DNA of 64,000 bases from Dehalococcoidia bacterium (GCA_963662435.1 OY759598.1:3194507-3258506); one strand, 5' to 3'. Counted from the stretch's first letter, positions 1-10,640 are shown. Program-made: numbers and translations. Notes: generated by a model not told the origin, from the sequence alone.

Positions 1-3000
1 TCCACCCCATTCGTGGCGGTTCCCGCGCGGATGTCATACCAGACCGTTACGATCTGATCCGACGCTTCGCTCAGCGTGACGATGAACTCCAGATATGAGT
101 TCCCCTCGCTGTCCGAAGCGTCCTCCACCGATACCTCCGGCAGCTGTTGCGTCGGCGCATCGTCGTTGTCCGCGACCGCGACCGTGCCCGCGCCCTGCGA
201 GCTCGAGACGGTGTAGCCGTCGCCGGTATTAACCGTGGCCGTGACCGAGCCGTCGGACTCGTCCGCCGAGTCGTCGCCAGTGGCGATGTTCAGCGTGACG
301 CTGCCGGTGGTCGGGATCGTCACCGTGCGCTGGCCCGTGCTCGCGCCGAAGTCGCCGCTCTGGCTGACCGTCACGCTGACGTCCAGGTCGGACGCCGGGG
401 CCGGGTTGGCCGTGATGGTGAAGCGGGCGTCGCCGCCCTCGGCGACGCCCGCGCCGGCGCTGATGCTCACCACAGGCGTAGGCAGGTCGTTGTCCGCGAC
501 CGCGACCGTGCCCGCGCCCTGCGAGCTCGAGACGGTGTAGCCGTCGCCGGTATTAACCGTGGCCGTGACCGAGCCGTCGGACTCGTCCGCCGAGTCGTCG
601 CCAGTGGCGATGTTCAGCGTGACGCTGCCGGTGGTCGGGATCGTCACCGTGCGCTGGCCCGTGCTCGCGCCGAAGTCGCCGCTCTGGCTGACCGTCACGC
701 TGACGTCCAGGTCGGACGCCGGGGCCGGGTTGGCCGTGATGGTGAAGCGGGCGTCGCCGCCCTCGGCGACGCCCGCGCCGGCGCTGATGCTCACCACAGG
801 CGTAGGCAGGTCGTTGTCCGCGACCGCGACCGTGCCCGCGCCCTGCGAGCTCGAGACGGTGTAGCCGTCGCCGGTATTAACCGTGGCCGTGACCGAGCCG
901 TCGGACTCGTCCGCCGAGTCGTCGCCAGTGGCGATGTTCAGCGTGACGCTGCCGGTGGTCGGGATCGTCACCGTGCGCTGGCCCGTGTCGGCGCCGAAGT
1001 CGCCGCTCTGGCTGACCGTCACGCTGACATCCAAGTCAGCCGCCGGGGCCGGGTTGGCGGTGACGGTGAAGCGGGCGTCGCCGCCCTCGGTGACGCCCGC
1101 GCCGGCTGCGATGCTCACCACGGGGTCCGGTACGACGACCACCGGCGCGACCGTCACGTCGTCATCCGTCACGTCGGCGGTATCCGAGCCGTGTGAGCCG
1201 ACCGTGTAGCCGCTGCCGCCGTTGAGCGTCAGTGTGACCGAGCCGTCCGCCTCGTCCGCCGAGTCGTCCGTCGTCGTGATGCTCAGGGTGACGGCGCCGC
1301 CCGTCGGAATCGTCACGCTGCTCGGGATCGAGCCGTAGCCGTAGTCGCCCGTGGTGACCACGCTGATGCTCACGTTGAGGTCCGATGCCGGAGGCGGACT
1401 CGCGGAGATCGTGAAGCTGACCGTGGCGCCCTCGGAGCCTCCACTGGAACTCAGGATGTTCACCTCGGGCGTCGGAGTTGGAGTCACCGGCGTGGGTGTC
1501 GAGGCCTCGATCGACCTCAGCTCCGTCGCGACCGGAACCCAGCGTCGCCAGCCCGCGTCGGCGTAGACCTGCGCGGCTGCCGCGGTCATCGGCTCCAGAT
1601 CGGGGTAGCTCTCGACGCCGAAGGCCTCTAACACGCGCTTCCAGCGGTTCACGTGCTTGGCGCCGTTCTGCGTCTCGCCCGCGTAGCTGCGCACGTTCGC
1701 GAGCACCTGCGGGTCGACCTGCGCGTTCGTAGGCGCGGGCGCCGGTTGCGGGTTCGCCGCCTCCAGCGCGACCAGGTAGGCGGCCACGGGCACCCACCTC
1801 GCCCGGCCGATGTCGGCGTGGGCCTCGGCCTCGCCGGCCGTCGTCGGTTCGAGATTCGGGTAGTCCTCGACCCCGAAGGCCTCGAGCACGCGCTTCCAGC
1901 GATTCACGTGGTCGGCCCCGTGCTGCGTCTCGCCCGCGTAGCCGCGGACGTCCGCCACGAGCTGCGGATCCAGCGTCGGCTGCGGCGCGACCGTCGGCGC
2001 CGGCGCGTCGTCGTCGGCCACGTTGACCGTGCCAGCGCCCTGCGAACTCGACACCGTGTAGCCGCTGCCGGTGTTCACTGTGGCCGTCACCGACCCGTCG
2101 GTTTCGTCCGCTGAGTCATCGCTGGTGGCGATGGTCAGGGTGGCGATGCCCGTGGTCGGGATGGTCACGGTCTGTACGCCCGTGCTCACGCCGTAGTCGC
2201 CGCTCTGGCTGACCGTCACGCTGACATCCAAGTCAGCCGCCGGGGCCGGGTTGGCGGTGACGGTGAAGCTGGCGTCGCCGCCCTCGGTGACGCCAGCGCC
2301 TGCCGTGATGCTCACTTCCGGCTCCGCCGTCACGATGGTCTGGCCCGCCGCCTCAATCGCCTCCAGCACGGGGATCACCGGCTGCCACCTGGCCCAGGTT
2401 CCGTACTTCTGTTTCGCCTCGGCCGAGGTCATCGGATCGAGACCGGCGTACTCCTCCACGCCGAAGGCTTCCAGTACCCGCTTCCAGCGGTTCACGTGGA
2501 CCGGGCCGTGCTGTGTCTCCGCCATGTAGCTGCGCACGTCCGCGATCAGCTGCGGATCCACCGTCACGCCGTCGTTGTCGGCGACCGCGACGCTCGCTTT
2601 CCGGTTCGTCGCGTCGATCGTGTAGCGATTGCCCGTGTTCAGCGTCGTGGTGATGACGCCGGCCGGCTCGCCCCTGCTGTCGTCGTCGGTGGCGACGGTC
2701 AGCGTGGTGCTGCCCGTGGTCGGAACGGCCACCTGCCGCCTGCCGTTCGTGACGCCGAACTGGCCGGTCTGTTCCACCCACACGTTGACGTACAGGGTGG
2801 CCTGCGGAGCCGGGGTCGACGTGATGGTGAAGCTCGCGTCCTCACCTTCGCTGACGCCAGCGCCGGGCGTGATGCTCAGCACCGGCCTGGCGTTCTGCTG
2901 CTGCTGGACTGCCGCCTCGTAGGCATCCAGCTCGGCGATCACCGGCTGCCACACTGGGTCCGAGCCGTATTGCGCTCTCGCGTTGGCCGCGGTCATCGCC

Positions 3001-5954
3001 CGCAGGCCTCCGCGAATCCAGTTGTCTTCCCCGAGCCCGAAGGCGATCAGCACGGTGCGCCAGACCCGTCGGTTCATGTTGCCCATGCCGTCGTCGGCCG
3101 TGCCCTGGTACACCGTCGCCAGCACGGCCGCGCTGACCTGGTAGTCGTCGTCCGCCACCGCGACGCTGGCCGCGTGGTCCGTGGCGTGCAGCGTGTAGCG
3201 CGGCCCCGCCGCGGCGGTCACCGTGACCGTGCCGTCGGCCTCGCCCGCGCCGTCGTTCCTGGTGGCGATGGACAGAACGGCTCTGCCCGTCGTCGGGATG
3301 GTCACCGTCCGCTTCCCCGTGCTCGCGCCGAAGCTGCCGCTCTGGCTGACGGTCACGCTGACGTCCAGGTCAGCCGACGGGGCCGGAATCGCCGTGATCG
3401 TGAAGCTGGCCGGATCGCCCTCAATGATCGCAGGGCCGGCGCTGACACTGATCGTCGCCGTTGACCCGCTGTCGTCGTCGATTAGCGGCAATGTGACGCC
3501 GCGCGGATTAGTGACGCCGTAGTCGTCGCTGGGATTGATTCGCGCCTCAATCGTGCCGTCGGCGCGCTCCTGATCGTCTGAGTAGCTCGTCACCACCCAG
3601 TCAACCGAGCGCTGACCGGCCGGCAGCGTGATCAAAGCAGCCTCTTCAGCGCCGACGTAGTTGAGGCCCTCGCCCATCTCCTGCGAGAGGTAGACCTTGA
3701 CCGTCCTGTCCAGCAATGGCGTGCGGTCGGCTGTGATCGTGAAGGTCGCGTCTGTGCCTTCATCCACCCACTGCGACGCGCTGGAAATCGTCAGCATCGG
3801 CGGCTCCGCCAATTGCTGACTCGCCGGCGCGTTCGGGAAGTTGGACGGGCAGGCGACCGGGTAGAAGGACTTGTGCTCCGTCGCGCCCGCCCCGGTCACC
3901 GGGTCCTCGTCGGGGCTGCGCACGTGGATGCACTGCTGCACCGCTTCGCCGGGCACCCGGAAGCCGCGAATCGAGTACGGCGTGACTGTTATCCGATAGA
4001 TCGGACTGCCCGGGCTGTGCACCACCGAATCCTTAGTCAGGTCCGGGGTCAGGAAGTACGCCGGGTAGTAATTCTCGAACTCGTCGCCCCTCCCGGCGAC
4101 CAGCTTTTCCGGGCTCACGTCCCACGTCAGCGTCGTCGGCAGCCGGTCTCCGTCGGCGTAGGTCGGCATGCCGTCCGAGCGCGGATCCGACATGCCCTTG
4201 GCCATGCCCTCCACTTTGACCTCGAACTTGCGGAAGTTCCCCATGGCGACGACGGCGTCGTTCACCTTCAGCCTGTCGTTGGTGTCGCCGGCCTGGAAGG
4301 TGTCGATCCGCGCGGTGCGCCAGTGCAGCTGAATCGGAACCTGCCAGTTCCCGCCGGCGATGTTGAAACCGCCGCCGGGACTCTCACGGTGTATGTGTAC
4401 CCGCCCGGGGTACGCGTCCGCCGAAGTCAAGTCCGCCAGCCGCGGCGACGTATTCGCGTCGATCACCGTCACCGTCACCTCGAACCAATCGGCTTCGGGC
4501 AAGGCGCCCAGCGCACCGGCGGTGCCCGCCGGGTACACGCCGTGGAAGATGTGGATGTCTTCCCAGGGGTTATGCGGGTTGGCGCAGCGCACCCACACCT
4601 CGACCTCTTGCGGCACGTCCCAATCCGTCGCGGAGAAAGAGAGGCGGGAGGTGGGCACCGTGACGCGGCCCTCGGGCAACTGGTTGCCCATCCCTCTCAG
4701 GGGGCTGGTGCGGCCGGTAATGGCCAGCTGTTTCTTGAATATCTCTTCGTACTGTTTTTTGAAGCCTTCCCGGTCCCTCGGGTGCTTGTCGTCGGGGCCG
4801 AAGATGGCCACCACCGTCTTCCTCGCGGTCGGCGGCGGCTGGACCAGCTTCACCGTGTAGGTCAGCTTCCGGTATTCCCCGAAGGTGGACGGGTCCGGAT
4901 GCCAATTGCCGCCCACGACCGCTGAGCCCGCATTGGGCTCGCAGGACTCATGCTCATCCACCAAGAAGGAGGCCCCGGGCCGGTCATCTTCGTACTTGTT
5001 GTTGCGATTGTAGGGGTCTATGCCATCGTAGGAGTAGCGGATCACTCCTTCGTAAGAGGAGTGGAGCACCTCCACCGTGGTCTTGCTGGGGTCGGCGGGG
5101 CCGAAGACGGGTTGCAGAGTGTCATGCAACTCCACCACGAACACCGGCGAAATTCCGTAGAAGGAGTGTATTTGGGTGCGTGGGACATCCATATGGTTTA
5201 GCGGGCCGGTGTCGCTGTCGTTCGTTGCGAATCGGCCACTGGTGACTGTGGAGGTGTGGCCCAGCGGGTTGGTGGACTTCATACCGTTGTTCCGGGTGCC
5301 GGTCCAGGGCCAGTCGTTGGGGGACTGGGTGCCTGCCTGGTCGCGTCGGTCGGCCTCCGCCCAGTTTATCCACTTATCTCGCCAGAAGTTGTTGTAGTTC
5401 GACGCCACCTGCGGCCCGTTCAACCAGTAGATGTACGCGCCGTGGCCGTCGGTGGACGGGTTCATGTTGGTGTGGTCACGGGCGTCCACCGTCGCCGTCG
5501 ATCCCACCACCCTGAACAGCGTCGCATAGGGCCGGATCGCCGGATGCCCGATCTGGTTCGGGTTCCCGCTGGTCTTGGCGATCTCCCCCTGCACGATCGC
5601 GTCGTACGTGGCGATGTCGGTGGACGTGGCGTCGGCCCATCTGGTGGTCAGGAACAGCAGCCGGAAGGTAGAGCCCGGGCCAAGCCCGGACGGTTTCAGC
5701 GGCCAGTCCTGTGGGACGGAGTAGGTGCCGTCCGGGTTGGGTGTCGGGAGACCCTGCGCGGAGACTTCCTCCGGCCCGCTCGCCAGCAGCGGCATAAGAA
5801 CCAGCGCCGCCAGCATCAGAAGGAATACGCTTAGCCGGGGCAATCTCGACGCCGGCTGCGCCTGACAGTTGCCGCTCCTCATGACCGCACCCCCTAGAGT
5901 CGGGGGAGGGCTCCTACGAATGGCTACCGGAGTCAGGAGAGCACGGATACGCAT
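1..5954 (-). CDS. Giant secreted surface protein (>1980 aa, runs off the window start) with many Calx-beta/Ig-like repeats, an N-terminal lectin/endostatin-like module and four copies of an unrecognised helical repeat
   Basis: Absent from the ORF track, presumably because its stop lies outside the window. ATG at 5954 has GAGG upstream, followed by a hydrophobic signal region and VPQDWPLKPSGLGPGSTFRLLFLTT. The same frame at 1-60 reads DQIVTVWYDIRAGTATNGV. Repeated Calx-beta motifs such as ATGDDSADESDGSVTATVNTGDGYTV...VAVADND. Confidence 0.88.
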   Translation of the reverse strand, partial: MRIRALLTPVAIRRSPPPTLGGAVMRSGNCQAQPASRLPRLSVFLLMLAALVLMPLLASGPEEVSAQGLPTPNPDGTYSVPQDWPLKPSGLGPGSTFRLLFLTTRWADATSTDIATYDAIVQGEIAKTSGNPNQIGHPAIRPYATLFRVVGSTATVDARDHTNMNPSTDGHGAYIYWLNGPQVASNYNNFWRDKWINWAEADRRDQAGTQSPNDWPWTGTRNNGMKSTNPLGHTSTVTSGRFATNDSDTGPLNHMDVPRTQIHSFYGISPVFVVELHDTLQPVFGPADPSKTTVEVLHSSYEGVIRYSYDGIDPYNRNNKYEDDRPGASFLVDEHESCEPNAGSAVVGGNWHPDPSTFGEYRKLTYTVKLVQPPPTARKTVVAIFGPDDKHPRDREGFKKQYEEIFKKQLAITGRTSPLRGMGNQLPEGRVTVPTSRLSFSATDWDVPQEVEVWVRCANPHNPWEDIHIFHGVYPAGTAGALGALPEADWFEVTVTVIDANTSPRLADLTSADAYPGRVHIHRESPGGGFNIAGGNWQVPIQLHWRTARIDTFQAGDTNDRLKVNDAVVAMGNFRKFEVKVEGMAKGMSDPRSDGMPTYADGDRLPTTLTWDVSPEKLVAGRGDEFENYYPAYFLTPDLTKDSVVHSPGSPIYRITVTPYSIRGFRVPGEAVQQCIHVRSPDEDPVTGAGATEHKSFYPVACPSNFPNAPASQQLAEPPMLTISSASQWVDEGTDATFTITADRTPLLDRTVKVYLSQEMGEGLNYVGAEEAALITLPAGQRSVDWVVTSYSDDQERADGTIEARINPSDDYGVTNPRGVTLPLIDDDSGSTATISVSAGPAIIEGDPASFTITAIPAPSADLDVSVTVSQSGSFGASTGKRTVTIPTTGRAVLSIATRNDGAGEADGTVTVTAAAGPRYTLHATDHAASVAVADDDYQVSAAVLATVYQGTADDGMGNMNRRVWRTVLIAFGLGEDNWIRGGLRAMTAANARAQYGSDPVWQPVIAELDAYEAAVQQQQNARPVLSITPGAGVSEGEDASFTITSTPAPQATLYVNVWVEQTGQFGVTNGRRQVAVPTTGSTTLTVATDDDSRGEPAGVITTTLNTGNRYTIDATNRKASVAVADNDGVTVDPQLIADVRSYMAETQHGPVHVNRWKRVLEAFGVEEYAGLDPMTSAEAKQKYGTWARWQPVIPVLEAIEAAGQTIVTAEPEVSITAGAGVTEGGDASFTVTANPAPAADLDVSVTVSQSGDYGVSTGVQTVTIPTTGIATLTIATSDDSADETDGSVTATVNTGSGYTVSSSQGAGTVNVADDDAPAPTVAPQPTLDPQLVADVRGYAGETQHGADHVNRWKRVLEAFGVEDYPNLEPTTAGEAEAHADIGRARWVPVAAYLVALEAANPQPAPAPTNAQVDPQVLANVRSYAGETQNGAKHVNRWKRVLEAFGVESYPDLEPMTAAAAQVYADAGWRRWVPVATELRSIEASTPTPVTPTPTPEVNILSSSGGSEGATVSFTISASPPPASDLNVSISVVTTGDYGYGSIPSSVTIPTGGAVTLSITTTDDSADEADGSVTLTLNGGSGYTVGSHGSDTADVTDDDVTVAPVVVVPDPVVSIAAGAGVTEGGDARFTVTANPAPAADLDVSVTVSQSGDFGADTGQRTVTIPTTGSVTLNIATGDDSADESDGSVTATVNTGDGYTVSSSQGAGTVAVADNDLPTPVVSISAGAGVAEGGDARFTITANPAPASDLDVSVTVSQSGDFGASTGQRTVTIPTTGSVTLNIATGDDSADESDGSVTATVNTGDGYTVSSSQGAGTVAVADNDLPTPVVSISAGAGVAEGGDARFTITANPAPASDLDVSVTVSQSGDFGASTGQRTVTIPTTGSVTLNIATGDDSADESDGSVTATVNTGDGYTVSSSQGAGTVAVADNDDAPTQQLPEVSVEDASDSEGNSYLEFIVTLSEASDQIVTVWYDIRAGTATNGV
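164..1120. repeat. Three tandem 324-bp (108-codon) Calx-beta repeat units
   Basis: Units start at ~164, 488 and 812. The first two look identical and the third diverges after ~985. Shadow ORFs 235..540 and 559..864 are identical. Confidence 0.95.
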
Positions 5955-6137
5955 TTCTTTTACCTCATCGTCAGTTCAGGGATCGCTAAAGGGTAATACT
6001 CCACCAGTACCTTGTGCAAGTACACTCGCGAATTGAACCATTAAGTTGAGGCTTGCGCTAGGAGTATAGGAACCTTCATACTCCCAGCGTGACCGGCGAC
6101 ACCCAAACGTCGGGCAGCTCCATCACCATCACCAGAA

Positions 6138-7307
6138 TTGAATAGACTCAAGAGCCTCAACATGGAAGTTCAGCCTAAAGGTTTAGGATCTATGTGGCAA
6201 AGTGCTAATATTGGGACCACGGGACACCACCTAAAGCTAAGGCTTTTTGCTCACTCCTTCTTGGCAACCGCGATGATCCTGCTCGTCGCGGCAGCCGCAG
6301 CCTGTGGAGCTACGCAGGACCCAACTCCGACCCCGCAACCAGCGGCTGAAACTCCGGGCGCGGCGCCAACCGCCAGTTCTCCGGAGGCCATTGCCTCTAC
6401 TCCACCTACCGGCACTGCGATGACGATTCCCGATTGGGACCTCGATGAAACGTCCAAAGGGCAAGACCTCATTGACCTCCTCAATCCTGAAGAGGCTTCC
6501 TGCGTAAAAGGGAAGCTTGGCGCTGGCCTCCAAATCTTCCTGAGCGCGCCATTGTCAGATCAGGCGCCGCAAGACGGCGGCAGCGGGTTATCCTCGGCCG
6601 CTGGGTGTTTCACCGAAGAGCACCGGGCTGCGGCGAATGTTGCGATGCTGGACATTGCGGCTGGCGGCCTGAGCGCGGCGACGCGCAGGTGTGTGTCAGA
6701 CGTTCTCATGGACAACCCGGACGCCGGGCTGTTTCCCTCGTCTGACGAGGCCAGCGACGCCTCTGCAATGCTGCGGGGCATGGCCTGCCTGACCCCCGGG
6801 GAAGCCGCAGCCCTGACGCCGCCCGATGAAGGCCCTCCCCCGGATGTCACCGGCCTCGCTTGCCTGATGGAACAGCTTGAAGGGACAGCCTCGGGTGAGC
6901 GCATCATTGCCGTCCTCTCAGGCGCCGATGAGTCTGGGAAAGGGCTGACTATGGACGAGAGCGCGGCGCTTGGTCAGGCCGTGGAAGCCTGCGGTATCGA
7001 AACCGAATTCGGCTTTCCCGATCCGACGGGGACCGGGGCCTCTGACGATGCCGCGCAGACACCGGGACCCGAGGACATCGGGGGTGGGTCCGGTCTGTGT
7101 ACGGTTGGCCTGATACTGTACTCAGGCGACGAATGCTCTTACGGCGATTTCTCCATGACGATTCGAGGGGACGGCGCGGCGGTGCTGGACGGCAGCATCG
7201 GCGGGGCCAGCATGGACAGCACCGTCATGCAGGAACAGAGCATACATCTGAATCAATTCAGTGCGACCAGAAGCGGCTCCACTTGGACTATCGAAAGCCT
7301 GCCGTAG
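6138..7307 (+). CDS. Putative lipoprotein of unknown function with paired Cys
   Basis: Hydrophobic stretch ending in lipobox-like AAAC, a Pro/Thr linker and repeated Cys-containing helical units. The true start is probably downstream of 6138. Confidence 0.75.
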   Translation: MNRLKSLNMEVQPKGLGSMWQSANIGTTGHHLKLRLFAHSFLATAMILLVAAAAACGATQDPTPTPQPAAETPGAAPTASSPEAIASTPPTGTAMTIPDWDLDETSKGQDLIDLLNPEEASCVKGKLGAGLQIFLSAPLSDQAPQDGGSGLSSAAGCFTEEHRAAANVAMLDIAAGGLSAATRRCVSDVLMDNPDAGLFPSSDEASDASAMLRGMACLTPGEAAALTPPDEGPPPDVTGLACLMEQLEGTASGERIIAVLSGADESGKGLTMDESAALGQAVEACGIETEFGFPDPTGTGASDDAAQTPGPEDIGGGSGLCTVGLILYSGDECSYGDFSMTIRGDGAAVLDGSIGGASMDSTVMQEQSIHLNQFSATRSGSTWTIESLP

Positions 7308-7648
7308 CCGGCCTCTGGTGATCCCTACAATGGATTGTTTCCCAATAGAGTGTTTTCCGCCGCCGTGTAACGGATGATCATGTCCGTGCAGAGTTTGCCG
7401 GAAGAGAAATGCCATGGCGAACGGGTTGGGTGTACGGCTAGACGTCGAACATCGGCGGCGGCAGGAGTTGGCCTGGGACAAGGGAGAGGCCATCTCCGAC
7501 GTTGTGGCCGCCTAATCGACGGCACCTATGCGGCGCCTATGAGGACATCCTGCGCGCGCGCCGCAAGCAGGCGGAGGAACAGCTGATTGGGCTGAACGCC
7601 GAAGACCCGCCAGACCCCGACACCCAACCCGCGAGTCGGAGGCCGCCC

Positions 7649-8040
7649 ATGAGCCCGACGGACATTTGGTGACGCCAACATTTCCGTCTACGCCGCCGGC
7701 GGGAACCATCCCTACAAAGAGTCATGCGCCCGGGTTCTTCGCATGGCGGCCGAGGAACCCGGGCCATTCGTAACCGAATCCGAGGTGCCCAAGGAGCTGA
7801 CGCTTCGCAACCTGGCTTCGGGACGCTAGGCTCCGAGCCGGGAGGTTCTTCGAACCGTCCATGCGGAAGACGTTCTCCCCGCGTCCGAGTTGGCGGACCG
7901 ACATGCCGGAGTCAGCGCCCGGGACCCGGTCCATACGGCGGTGCTGCAACGTCTGAGAGCAGCCCGAATCATCTCGGGGGACAGTGCCCCCCCGACCGCC
8001 TGGGGGGCTTCGAACGGCTTGAACCCGCCGGCGGTCGGGG
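7649..8040 (+). pseudogene. Degraded VapC/PIN-domain toxin
   Basis: GGAGG plus ATG at 7649. Across frameshifts and stops it reads DANISVYAAGGNHPYKESCARVL...VTESEVPKEL...AEDV...SARDPVHTAV...RIISGD, matching the PIN pattern also seen at 57345-57743. Confidence 0.7.
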
Positions 8041-8427
8041 AGCGAGAGCGTTTCCTCCTCGCCGCCGGGGAGGGTAGCCTTGGCTATTCGCCAGCTGAGA
8101 ATCCAAGGGAACCGTGGACGACTTTGCCAATCTATGTCGGAGTAAACGACCCTGAGCACCGCAACGCCTCCGCCGCCAACATCGGCAGAGCGGTGCGGGG
8201 ACTCTCTCATCCTTACCGGCCTCGTACGAAGCAAGCAGATGGCCGAGCAGAATCCTCCACCGGACGGCTCTCGGCGACCTGTTGACCTGACGGCCGTGGA
8301 TACTCTTATCGAGTCTAAGCGGCGCATCGAAACCGCATTCGGCGGCGCGCCCAACCAGCAGTACAAGCACATCAGAGGTGACGTGAACTGACGCAGGAGA
8401 TTCCATGTTCTCCCAATGGCGCCACTG

Positions 8428-9873
8428 CTATTTCACGCCGACCCGCCGCCGGAGGAACTTTCTGGCGCGGTCGCTGCTCAAGGGTGGGAAGAAGACTCCC
8501 GAAAATCGCCGCATCAGCCCCTGCTCCAGGACAGCCTTGGGGTTCGAGAACGCCTGATACCCTATGAAGCCGCCCTTGTACCGGCCCATGCCGCTGTATC
8601 CCACACCGCCGAACCCCATCGTCTCGGAATCGGCGTGGAGGAGAAGGTCGTTGACGGTAATCCCGCCGCTCGACGTGTTGTCGACAATCTTGTCGATGGC
8701 AATCCTGTTCCTACCGAAGATATAGAGGGCCAGGGGTTTCTCTCTGCTGTTGATGTGCTCAATTGCGTCGTCCAAATCTTCATAGCTGTAAACGGAAAGA
8801 ACAGGTCCGAATATCTCATTCTGTGACACCTTGAGACGCTCTGGAGGGTTGACGACCACCGTCAACGGAATCTTCCTGGTTGCGCGGTCCGGGACCTCTT
8901 CGTCCACCGGCTTGGATTGAATGACCCGGCAGCCCGCATCCCTGGCCTCATCGATATAGCCGACGATCCTATCGAATGTCCCTTCGTTTATGATGGACGT
9001 ATACTCGCTGTTGTCCCTCATCGAGGGGTATGCCGCCCTGTCTCCATCTATGACGGCTTCGACGAACTGTTCTAGACGCCGGTCCGGCAACAGAACGTAA
9101 TCGCCCGCAATGCAGACCTGTCCTGCGTTCAGTTGGCGCACCCGTCCGATCTTCCAGGCGACTGCCGCGATATCCGCATCGTCCAATACAAAGCAGGGCG
9201 ACTTGCCGCCGAGCTCGAGAATCACCGGCGTCAGGTTATCTGCCGCTGCGGCCAGTATCCTCTTGCCGACCTCCGAACCGCCCGTGAAGAGCAGCTTGTC
9301 CCAGGGAAGAGCCGCAAAGGCCTTGGACACCTCGATGTCGCCCACGACCACGGCCATCTCCTCCTCTCTGAAGTAACTCGCCACCAGGGATTGCAGCAGG
9401 TCTGCGGTATGCGGCGTGCTTTCGGAGACCCTTATCATTACGCTATTACCGGCTGCTATGGCGTCGATTGAAGGGTCCAAGGCCAGGCTCACGGGTGCGT
9501 TGAACGGAGACATGACGCCGACGACCCCCAGCGGCTCGTTGACCGTGTAGGTCCGCTGGCCGACGAGCGCCAACAGTCCCGACGGGGCTCTTTCTCGCTT
9601 CATCCAATTCTTGAGTTTCTTCTTCACCTGTTTGGCATGGGAAAGCTGCGGGTAGATGTCCGCAAGGAAGGTCAAGTCGGGATTTCTGCTCCCGAAATCG
9701 CGCTGCAGCGCGCCGGTAATCGCTCCCACGTTGTCTCTGCAAAGCCGCTCTATTCTGCCGAGCCTGTCCATTCGCTGGCGATAGGTTGGCGCGCGGGACG
9801 GCGAGTAGCTCGACTTCTGGAGCTCAAATATCCTATTCAGCTCGTCGATGTCGTTGGTTCGTTGAAGTTTCAC
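8428..9873 (-). CDS. Aldehyde dehydrogenase, coniferyl-aldehyde dehydrogenase (CalB/ALDH3)-like
   Basis: EPLGVVGVMSPFNAP, FTGG, LELGGKSP, catalytic Cys in GQVCIA, EIFGP, FGGVGYSGMG. Confidence 0.9.
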   Translation of the reverse strand: MKLQRTNDIDELNRIFELQKSSYSPSRAPTYRQRMDRLGRIERLCRDNVGAITGALQRDFGSRNPDLTFLADIYPQLSHAKQVKKKLKNWMKRERAPSGLLALVGQRTYTVNEPLGVVGVMSPFNAPVSLALDPSIDAIAAGNSVMIRVSESTPHTADLLQSLVASYFREEEMAVVVGDIEVSKAFAALPWDKLLFTGGSEVGKRILAAAADNLTPVILELGGKSPCFVLDDADIAAVAWKIGRVRQLNAGQVCIAGDYVLLPDRRLEQFVEAVIDGDRAAYPSMRDNSEYTSIINEGTFDRIVGYIDEARDAGCRVIQSKPVDEEVPDRATRKIPLTVVVNPPERLKVSQNEIFGPVLSVYSYEDLDDAIEHINSREKPLALYIFGRNRIAIDKIVDNTSSGGITVNDLLLHADSETMGFGGVGYSGMGRYKGGFIGYQAFSNPKAVLEQGLMRRFSGVFFPPLSSDRARKFLRRRVGVK

Positions 9874-10640
9874 TCAACTCTCCTCTCTCCTGACTGGCCT
9901 TGGGTAGCCCACTGCGCCGTCGGCAAGCTCTCGTATCGTCACGCGGGCAAGCCATGCCGGGGTGCAGTACTCTCCCAGTTGCCGCCTCTCCTCCGGTGGT
10001 ATGACCGTCTCATAGAGCGTGGCGGCAGTGTCGGCCGGAGCTTCTGTCCAGTCAAACCGCGCCACTCGTCGGGCCAGGGTTCGCAGCAGAGGCGCGCCGC
10101 CCACCTCGTTGAGCCAAGCAAAGAAGTCCGATTCCGGTACCCCATACAATCCGGTGTAGTGGCGCAACTGCCTACCCAAGAGCCGGTCGGCAGGATCGGT
10201 CTCGGCCAGGCGTTGAATGTCGATGCCAAAGGAGGCCTGCACCACCATGCCGATCACAGCACTCAGGTAGGTGTGGCGGAGGGACGGACGTCCATCTTCT
10301 TCCGTATCCTCGGCAAACCTGTCGCCCAAGACGGTTCGCACCGTGTCGTCCATCCCTTCCGTGCTGTAGGTGATCTCGCCTAGGGCGGTGCGTAGCAGGT
10401 CGTACCACAGCCGACGCTTGACCCTGATGGTCTCCAACTCCGAATGCTCTTGGTAGTGGGTCTTCAGGACGGCGATGTCCCGCTGGTAGGAGGGGCTACC
10501 TTGGCCGAAATGCTTGCCGATCTCGTCTCTATTGGGCTTTAGGCTCTTGGGGACACCTAGGGCGTAGTCTCGCAGCCACTCAGAGGGTGAACCAGCGGCG
10601 GGGTTCTCTAGCGTGAAGGCGCCGCTGATGGAAGAGTACT
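9874..10640 (-). pseudogene. Fragment of an N6-adenine DNA methylase / type IIG restriction-modification gene
   Basis: ESDFFAW...LYETVIPPEERRQLGEYCTPAWLA is the GEYYTP-type motif. The gene is truncated before the DPACG motif and abuts the ALDH start. Confidence 0.7.

Noticed and set aside
147..5834. Numerous plus-strand and alternative-frame ORFs (e.g. 147..1196, 2496..3464, 3813..4925)
   Set aside because: They are shadows of the long minus-strand Calx-beta gene; Arg/Val-rich antisense translations are typical of high-GC DNA.
7321..7717. 10-bp direct repeat ATCCCTACAA as a possible target-site duplication
   Set aside because: The second copy lies inside the VapC pseudogene coding sequence (HPYK) and no element ends are visible; probably chance.
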